DNA of 64,000 nucleotides, from the IMG/VR virus record IMGVR_UViG_3300026189_001009, positions 59,632 through 123,631 of that record; one strand, written 5' to 3'. Source of the stretch: a virus. Made by a program: the position numbers and the translations under genes. The notes beneath the pieces are model-generated. The model did not search any database. It saw only the letters and a program-made list of their open reading frames with translations, and was not told where the DNA came from. Positions 56,887 to 64,000 of the stretch are shown one piece after another; position 1 is the stretch's first letter; every line of letters begins with the position of its first letter.

Positions 56887-58752
56887 ATGAAAGTAACAGT
56901 AGCAGTAGATCTTACTAAAACAACCAAACAAGAGTACGTAGACGAGTTACGTCAGAGTGGCGTTGGCGATATAACAAGATCAGTTACTGTTGATGATAAT
57001 GCAACACCCGAAACAATAGAAATAGAAGTAGATTCTGAACAAGAGTTTGATCAAGTATTAACTTCCAACAAGGTTGCTGGTGCACAATCTGATAGACTAC
57101 ATTTGAGATTAAAGACAAATGGCAGTAGATCAATTACTCCTAATACTACATCTTCGGTTAATATATCACATCATAATTGGGGACTAGCGGCATCAACGCA
57201 AAGCTCAACAACTTTAGCTAATTCGTACACTTATAATAATTTAGGTGATGGTGTTGACTGTGTAATAATGGATACAGGAATTGTAACAGGACATCCTGAG
57301 TTTAACAATCAAGCAAACGTTTCGACTAGAATAGATCAAATTAATTGGGGTGGTTCACAAGGCGGAAGTTTTTATACAGATCCATCAGGACATGGCACAC
57401 ACGTTGCAGGTATAATGGCAGGTAGAACTTGTGGATGGGCCGGAGATGCTAAAATATATTCATTCACTACAAACTTAGATGGATTGACACATGGTTACAA
57501 TGCTTCGCAGATGGGTCTTATTACAACTTGGCATTCAGGAAAAGGAAGCAATAGACCAACAGTAGTTAATATGAGTTGGGGTACTTCAACATACTATCCA
57601 CCTAATCATCCATCACATTTTATTACTCCTGCATCATGGGATCCAAATGCAATACCTAGCAGTCAATATCATATGTCAAGATCATCAACCTATGATACAA
57701 TAATTAGAAATATGGTTAATGCTGGAATAATAGTTGTAGCATCAGCAGGCAACAGTAATCAAAGAGTATATGATTCAACAGAGTCGGGGTGGAACACAGG
57801 TTATTGGTACTTCTTTGATTCAGGCAATGACATGGGTTATGGTACAAATGAAAAAATTTATATGGATGATGCTAGTAGATTTGATCCTGATACTTCACCA
57901 CGAACAGGTATAGCAGGGGCACCACCGGCGGGTAGTTATGGAAATACAATTTACTTCCAAGCAACTAACAATGGACAGTCTCCATCTAATGCTTGGATAC
58001 AAAACGGAACATCAACAAGACATGATATATCAGTACAAGCTCATGCTTCAAATAAAGCAAAGTCGAGTTATTCAAATTTTGGAACACCATTAAGAACTTG
58101 GGCTCCTGGAGATTACATAATGAGTTCTTATATCAATTCAGGATCTGCGGTACAGCTTGGAGCAACTGGATATTACTATAACAAGTTAAATGGAACGTCA
58201 ATGGCATCACCACAAGTTGCAGGTATGATAGCTACATGGTTAGGACTAGATCCAACAACGTATGGTGCAGTATCAACAAAAGCAAATCAAGAAAGTGCTA
58301 TATCTTTTATAGAAACATATGACAGAACAGATATTACAGACTGGGGCGGAGGTCTAACTAATTTAACTAGAGCCTACACACCACATCAAGATTATTCAAT
58401 TACATGGAGTTTAGGTCATGGAAGTGCTACACATAATATTGGTAGCTTCAATGATGGTGATAACTTTGCATATGATTTATCAGTTACTTTTCGTAATGCG
58501 GCAACTGAACAATTACATGATGTTAGCTATAATGTAACATCAGGAGCATTACCAACAAACACATCAATTAATTCCAGTGGTGTCACATCAGGAACTATAG
58601 GTGGTTATGTAGGAAATCATACACCATCATTTACACTATCAGCAACCAATCAGTTTGAAACAGAAACAAAAGATTATACACTATCTGTTTCAGGCACAGA
58701 CGGGCTGGTTATCAACGGAATTACATTTACTGGAGGAGTTGAAATAAACTAA
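56887..58752 (+). CDS. Subtilisin-like S8 protease with Ig-like C-terminus
   Basis: DTG, HGTHVAG, SAGN, GTSMASP; TAAATA 56876-56881. Confidence 0.92.
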   Translation: MKVTVAVDLTKTTKQEYVDELRQSGVGDITRSVTVDDNATPETIEIEVDSEQEFDQVLTSNKVAGAQSDRLHLRLKTNGSRSITPNTTSSVNISHHNWGLAASTQSSTTLANSYTYNNLGDGVDCVIMDTGIVTGHPEFNNQANVSTRIDQINWGGSQGGSFYTDPSGHGTHVAGIMAGRTCGWAGDAKIYSFTTNLDGLTHGYNASQMGLITTWHSGKGSNRPTVVNMSWGTSTYYPPNHPSHFITPASWDPNAIPSSQYHMSRSSTYDTIIRNMVNAGIIVVASAGNSNQRVYDSTESGWNTGYWYFFDSGNDMGYGTNEKIYMDDASRFDPDTSPRTGIAGAPPAGSYGNTIYFQATNNGQSPSNAWIQNGTSTRHDISVQAHASNKAKSSYSNFGTPLRTWAPGDYIMSSYINSGSAVQLGATGYYYNKLNGTSMASPQVAGMIATWLGLDPTTYGAVSTKANQESAISFIETYDRTDITDWGGGLTNLTRAYTPHQDYSITWSLGHGSATHNIGSFNDGDNFAYDLSVTFRNAATEQLHDVSYNVTSGALPTNTSINSSGVTSGTIGGYVGNHTPSFTLSATNQFETETKDYTLSVSGTDGLVINGITFTGGVEIN

Positions 58753-58760
58753 ATATTATT

Positions 58761-59114
58761 ATGTCAAGAACAAGTTCAAATATGTTATCAGGTGTAGTAT
58801 CTGGTACTACAGCAGTCACAGGAAGTAATACTCCTGGAGACTCATATTACGGTTTTACAGACGGTCTACATACGGTGGCAATATATCCTAACAATTTCTT
58901 AGGACAAGTAGAAATACAAGCCTCGTTAGCTGAAACACCAGGAAGCAGTGATTGGTTTAACATCACACTGAAAAATGGTAATTTTGCGACTTACAACAAT
59001 CAATCAACTGTTGATGCTTACACTTTTACAGGAAACTTTTTATATCTAAGAGCAGTAGTTACTCCACAATCGGGTAATACGGGTTCTATAGATAAGATCT
59101 TGTTAAACTATTAA
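58761..59114 (+). CDS. Small beta-rich probable virion protein
   Basis: TAAATA 58750-58755 with ATG at +6. Confidence 0.6.
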   Translation: MSRTSSNMLSGVVSGTTAVTGSNTPGDSYYGFTDGLHTVAIYPNNFLGQVEIQASLAETPGSSDWFNITLKNGNFATYNNQSTVDAYTFTGNFLYLRAVVTPQSGNTGSIDKILLNY

Positions 59115-59155
59115 AGCTACACATTTGATAAATATTAGAAAGTAAAGGAGCAATT

Positions 59156-62100
59156 ATGGCAATAGGTCAAAGTAATAACCCTAATTTTAACGTACAGAGT
59201 CCGTCTAGTAACCAGACTCTAGTATATGACAGTACTCAGCAGGCATTTGTTAATACCACAAATAGTGTAACTGGCGCAATAACGGGTGCTACTAACCAAG
59301 GTGCTGGTAAAGAAGTATTCAAACAATTAAGCGGAACTGATCTCCAAATGAGATCATTAACAGCAGGTTCAGGAATATCTTTAGCACAAGGCACAGACGA
59401 CATTGTCATTACAGCTTCATCAACAGTTACAGGTGCCGCAAACATAGGAACAGGAACTGGATTTTTTAAACAATTAAATTCAGGAAGTTTAGAATTCAAA
59501 ACATTATCAGTTGGTACAGGATTAGCTTTAGCTAACTCGGCCACTGAAGTAACATTAACTTTAGCCAATGCAGATATTGATGCAGGTAAAGTTGGTGGAC
59601 AGTTAGCAAGTGCTTTTCTAACAAAAGCAGATAATTTAGCATCAGTAGGCAGTGTAGCAACAGCAAGAACAAATTTAAGTGTTTACAGTAAAGCAGAGAT
59701 AGATGCCTTTACAATTAAGAACAATGGTAACATTTTACCAGATGGTGACCTTACAAGAGATATAGGTAACAACTCATACAGATTTAATAACGTATATGCA
59801 AACACAATTCACGGTACGGCCACATCAGCGGGATCAGTGGCATCATTATCTAATAGAGAGATTGGTGACTTACAGAACGTTGATACTTCAGGTGTTGCCG
59901 CTAACACAGTTTTAGGTTGGAATGGATCCAAGTGGGTACCAACAGCAACATCAGGATTAATAAGCACAACAGACTTTGCACAGAAGTCACAGAATTTAGC
60001 TGACTTAGGTAGCTCAGCAACAGCAAGAACTAACTTAGGTGTTTATTCAAAAACAGAAACAGACAATAGATATTTTTCAAAGAATGCAGGTGGATTACCA
60101 GGAAGCGATAATGGTGTTGACTTAGGTAATAACTCATACAGATTTGCAAACATCTACGCAGTAAACTTTCAAGGAACTGCAACTAATGCCGGAACAGTAA
60201 ATTCAATTGCCGACCATGACTTAGGAGACTTACAAAATGTTGACACATCAGGAAAAGCTTCAGGTCATGTATTAAGTTGGAATGGAACTAAATGGGTTTC
60301 AAGTGCAGATTCATCACCGAGCTCACTTGCTGGATTATCAGATGTTGATATATCTGGTATTGCAAACGGCCAGGTAATAAAATATAATTCAAGTACTTCA
60401 AAATTTGAACCAGGTGATGCATCAGGATCAGGTGCAACTACTTTCGTAGGACTAACAGACACACCAGCTAACTTCTCAGGTGCGGCAAATAGATTTGTAA
60501 AAGTTAATTCGTCAGGTAATGCATTAGAGTTTGTTGCAAAAACTTTCTTAGAAGATCTATCAGGATTAAACACAGGTAACCTAACAGAAGGTTCAAATTT
60601 ATATTTCACTAATGCTAGAGCAGATGCACGTATAGGTGCCGCAAGTATTAATGCACTTTCAGATGTTGATACTTCAGGTATATCATCAGGACAAGTATTA
60701 ACTTGGAATGGTTCTTCATTTGTTGCCGCTTCAACAGGAGCAGGTGATATTACAGCCGTTATTGCAGGTACAGGTTTAACAGGTGGTGCAACTTCAGGTT
60801 CAGCAACATTAAACGTTGATGTAGGAACAGGTGCAAACAAAATTGTACAACTAGATGGCACAGGTAAGCTACCATCAGTAGATGGATCAAACCTAACAGG
60901 AATTTCAGCTTCAACAACTTTCGTAGCATTAACAGACACACCGGCTAACTTCTCAGGTGCATCAAGCAAGTTTGTAAAAGTTAATTCGGCGGGCAACGCA
61001 TTAGAGTATGTTGCAGACCCAGGTTACTTAACATCGGAAACATTTACAAGTTTAGTACAAGACACAACACCACAGTTAGGTGGAACACTAGATGCTAACG
61101 GTAATACAATTGACATGGGTACGAATGTATTAACTGATACTAACCTAGGACAATTTATTACAGCATATGGTTGGGGTAACCATGCAAGTGCAGGTTACTT
61201 AACAAGTGTACCAGCACAGTCATTCGCTTCATTATCAGGTAAGCCAACTACAATAGCTGGTTACGGAATTACAGATGCATTTGATGGAGCATTTGGATCT
61301 TTAACAGGTAAGCCAACTACAATAGCTGGTTACGGAATTACAAATTTAAATGCATCAATAGATGCACACTTGAATCAATCAAATCCAACATCGGGATATG
61401 TTCTTTCATGGAACGGTTCGGACTATGCTTGGGTGGCACAGTCAGGTGGCGGTGGCGGCGGAGACATTACGGCCGTTGTCGCAGGAACTGGATTAACAGG
61501 TGGTGCAACATCTGGATCAGCAACTTTAAATGTTGATGTAGGTACAAGTGCAAACAAGATTGTACAACTAGATGGCTCAGCTAAACTACCAGCAGTAGAT
61601 GGATCACAGTTAACAAATATTGATTACACTGTAGGAGTTGACGAAATTAAAGATACAATGATTGACTTTGGTACTGGTACAGGCCAAGTGTCAACAGCAG
61701 ATATTCCTGAAAGTACAAATTTATATTATACAGATGCAAGATTCGACACAAGGTTATCAACCAAGTCAACAACTAATTTATCAGAAGGCACAAACCTTTA
61801 CTACACTGACGCTAGAGTTGATGCAAGATTTGACACAAGACTTGCAACTAAAGACACAGGTGATTTAGCAGAAGGTTCAAATTTATATTTCACTAATGCA
61901 AGAGCTGATGCAAGAATTTCAAATGCAGTATTGAGTGCATTATCAAATGTACACACAGCGGCTCCGTCAGATGGACAAGTACTTGCATGGGATAACGCAA
62001 ACAGCAGATGGGCACCTTCGAACACAGGTGCTGGAGATATTACAGCAGTTGTCGCCGGTACTGGATTAACAGGTGGTGCAACTTCAGGTTCGGCAACTTT

Positions 62101-64000
62101 AAATGTTGATGCAGGAACAAGTGCAGACAAAATTGTACAACTAGATGGCTCAGCAAGATTACCAGCAGTAGATGGTAGAGCTCTTACAAACTTATTAACT
62201 AACTATGACACAGACGGATTAACAGAAGGTTCAAGTAATTTATACTTTACTAATGCAAGAGCCGACGCAAGAATTACAGCGGCAAGTATTGGTTCACTAG
62301 CAGATGTTAATACATCAGGTGTAGCGACAAACAAAATTTTAAAATATAATGGTAGTGCTTGGGTAGTAGCAGATGACACAGATACAGTTTACACAACTTT
62401 CAATTCAGACTTTGATACAAGGTTAGGAACTAAATCAACAACAAATCTAGCAGAAGGTTCTAACTTATACTTTACTAATGCTAGAGCAGACGCAAGAGTA
62501 CAAGCGGCATCGTTAACAGATTTATCAAATGTAGATGCAGTGGTGGCAGGTGATGATGGTAAAATTTTATACTACGATCATTCATCAACTTCATTTAAAT
62601 GGAAAACAGAAAGTGCTGGTGGATCAGTAGCAGGAAGTAATACTCAGGTACAATTTAATGATGGTGGTTCATTTGGTGGTGACTCAGGATTTACATATAA
62701 CAAAGCAACTGACACAGTAACAGCAGGATCATTTACAGCATCAGGTGGTACAGGATCAATCACGGCAACAGGTGCATTAGGAATAACTTCCGGAAGTAAT
62801 AATGATATAACAATTACTCCTAATGGTTCGGGAGATATTATATTAGATGGTCAGAAATGGCCACAAGCAGATGGTTCATCAGGACAGTATTTAAAAACAG
62901 ATGGTTCAGGACAATTAAGTTGGGGATCAGTAACAGGTGGCCCAGCAGATACAGATGCATTATCAGAAGGAAGTTCAAACTTATATTTCACTAATGCTAG
63001 AGCGATTGCGGCAGTACAAGGTACTAACCTTGACATGGGTAGTAATAACATTACTACAACAGGAAAACTTTTATTCTCAAATGTTTATAATAACACAGGA
63101 GACTTACCAAACGCATCAACATATCATGGTATGTTTGCACACGTACACGCAACAGGTAAAGGATATTTTGCACACGGTGGTAACTGGATACCATTAGCAA
63201 ATGAAAGTGCATTATCAAGTTATCAAACAACAGCAGGATTAAATGGTGCAATTGATTCACACTTGAATCAAAGTGGTCCAACATCAGGTCATGTGTTAAG
63301 TTGGAATGGCTCAGACTATGCTTGGGTGGCACAGTCAGGTGGTGCAAGTGCAATTAATGATTTATCAGATGTAACAATAACATCAGCAAGTTCAGGACAA
63401 GTTTTAAAATACAATGGTAGTGCTTGGGTTAACGCGGCAGATTCAGGTGGACCTGCAGACACAGATGCATTATCAGAAGGTTCAAGTAATTTATACTTTA
63501 CCAATGCTAGAGCAGACGCAAGAATAACAGCGGCATTAATTGATGAAGATAACATGGCTTCTGACAGTGCAACTAGATTGCCATCACAACAATCAGTTAA
63601 GGCTTATGTAGATGCTCAAGTGGCAACAAAAGATAATACAGATGAAATTACAGAAGGTTCAACAAACCTTTACTTTACTAACGCAAGAGCTGATGCAAGA
63701 ATAACAGCGGCGGACATAGCTGACTTAAACAATGTTAACAATGCATCTCCAACAGATGGACAAGTGTTAACTTGGGATAACTCAAACAGTTATTGGAAAC
63801 CAGTAACTCCAGCATCCGGCGGCGGTACAGATGTACAGAGATTTAAAATTAACTATGCCACAAATGGTCAATTGTCAAGTATAACAGATAAAACATCTGG
63901 AATATCTAGTGTATCAATTGATTCAGCGGCAGGTGGTGATATAACAATTAACTTTACAGGTTACAGTTATCCACCAGCAAGTATTACATTATATGGTTAC
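59156..64000 (+). CDS. Giant repeat-built fibre/adhesin (3' partial, at least 1615 codons)
   Basis: TAAATA 59129-59134, AAGGAG SD, MAIGQSNNPNF...; same frame reads YSYPPASITLYGY at the window end; absent from the track because it has no stop. Confidence 0.85.
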   Translation, partial: MAIGQSNNPNFNVQSPSSNQTLVYDSTQQAFVNTTNSVTGAITGATNQGAGKEVFKQLSGTDLQMRSLTAGSGISLAQGTDDIVITASSTVTGAANIGTGTGFFKQLNSGSLEFKTLSVGTGLALANSATEVTLTLANADIDAGKVGGQLASAFLTKADNLASVGSVATARTNLSVYSKAEIDAFTIKNNGNILPDGDLTRDIGNNSYRFNNVYANTIHGTATSAGSVASLSNREIGDLQNVDTSGVAANTVLGWNGSKWVPTATSGLISTTDFAQKSQNLADLGSSATARTNLGVYSKTETDNRYFSKNAGGLPGSDNGVDLGNNSYRFANIYAVNFQGTATNAGTVNSIADHDLGDLQNVDTSGKASGHVLSWNGTKWVSSADSSPSSLAGLSDVDISGIANGQVIKYNSSTSKFEPGDASGSGATTFVGLTDTPANFSGAANRFVKVNSSGNALEFVAKTFLEDLSGLNTGNLTEGSNLYFTNARADARIGAASINALSDVDTSGISSGQVLTWNGSSFVAASTGAGDITAVIAGTGLTGGATSGSATLNVDVGTGANKIVQLDGTGKLPSVDGSNLTGISASTTFVALTDTPANFSGASSKFVKVNSAGNALEYVADPGYLTSETFTSLVQDTTPQLGGTLDANGNTIDMGTNVLTDTNLGQFITAYGWGNHASAGYLTSVPAQSFASLSGKPTTIAGYGITDAFDGAFGSLTGKPTTIAGYGITNLNASIDAHLNQSNPTSGYVLSWNGSDYAWVAQSGGGGGGDITAVVAGTGLTGGATSGSATLNVDVGTSANKIVQLDGSAKLPAVDGSQLTNIDYTVGVDEIKDTMIDFGTGTGQVSTADIPESTNLYYTDARFDTRLSTKSTTNLSEGTNLYYTDARVDARFDTRLATKDTGDLAEGSNLYFTNARADARISNAVLSALSNVHTAAPSDGQVLAWDNANSRWAPSNTGAGDITAVVAGTGLTGGATSGSATLNVDAGTSADKIVQLDGSARLPAVDGRALTNLLTNYDTDGLTEGSSNLYFTNARADARITAASIGSLADVNTSGVATNKILKYNGSAWVVADDTDTVYTTFNSDFDTRLGTKSTTNLAEGSNLYFTNARADARVQAASLTDLSNVDAVVAGDDGKILYYDHSSTSFKWKTESAGGSVAGSNTQVQFNDGGSFGGDSGFTYNKATDTVTAGSFTASGGTGSITATGALGITSGSNNDITITPNGSGDIILDGQKWPQADGSSGQYLKTDGSGQLSWGSVTGGPADTDALSEGSSNLYFTNARAIAAVQGTNLDMGSNNITTTGKLLFSNVYNNTGDLPNASTYHGMFAHVHATGKGYFAHGGNWIPLANESALSSYQTTAGLNGAIDSHLNQSGPTSGHVLSWNGSDYAWVAQSGGASAINDLSDVTITSASSGQVLKYNGSAWVNAADSGGPADTDALSEGSSNLYFTNARADARITAALIDEDNMASDSATRLPSQQSVKAYVDAQVATKDNTDEITEGSTNLYFTNARADARITAADIADLNNVNNASPTDGQVLTWDNSNSYWKPVTPASGGGTDVQRFKINYATNGQLSSITDKTSGISSVSIDSAAGGDITINFTGYSYPPASITLYGY
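61236..61342 (+). repeat. Two identical 38-nt direct repeats within the fibre gene
   Basis: CAGGTAAGCCAACTACAATAGCTGGTTACGGAATTACA at 61236-61273 and 61305-61342. Confidence 0.9.

Noticed and set aside
59236-63555. Minus-strand and off-frame ORFs in the fibre region
   Set aside because: Shadows of the long plus-strand repeat gene
60580-63710. Recurrent ~40-nt repeats as a possible CRISPR array
   Set aside because: Degenerate at third codon positions, irregular spacing, in-frame coding; no cas genes
1-64000. Stop-codon reassignment
   Set aside because: TAA, TAG and TGA all end recognisable full-length genes, and no suppressor tRNA is seen

Overview
AT-rich, gene-dense, almost entirely plus-strand segment of a large T4-like/jumbo tailed phage. 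The host is probably a marine alphaproteobacterium, inferred from the Hfq and pseudoazurin sequence types. In order it holds: (1) a 0-9.5 kb cluster of putative capsid-internal proteins sharing an N-terminal leader; (2) four tRNAs among tailoring enzymes; (3) a three-gene secreted/membrane module; (4) nadE, a degenerate hfq, a structured ncRNA and a small basic nucleoid-type protein; (5) replication genes (clamp loader, RNase H, family B polymerase, probable clamp); (6) a dispersed 7-deazaguanine pathway (TGT-like, folE, queE, queD) with glycosyltransferase, galE, guaC, PRTase and HIT genes; (7) proteostasis, redox and lysis genes; (8) a subtilisin and a >1600-codon repeat-built fibre running off the end. 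The strongest signals beyond the ORF track are an RNA with HDV-ribozyme-like nested double-pseudoknot topology starting exactly at a predicted late +1, a dnaX-type -1 frameshift adding a membrane anchor, a compact SD-sequestering pseudoknot before folE, and systematic leaderless genes. All calls come from reading the sequence by eye; no searches or folding programs were run.
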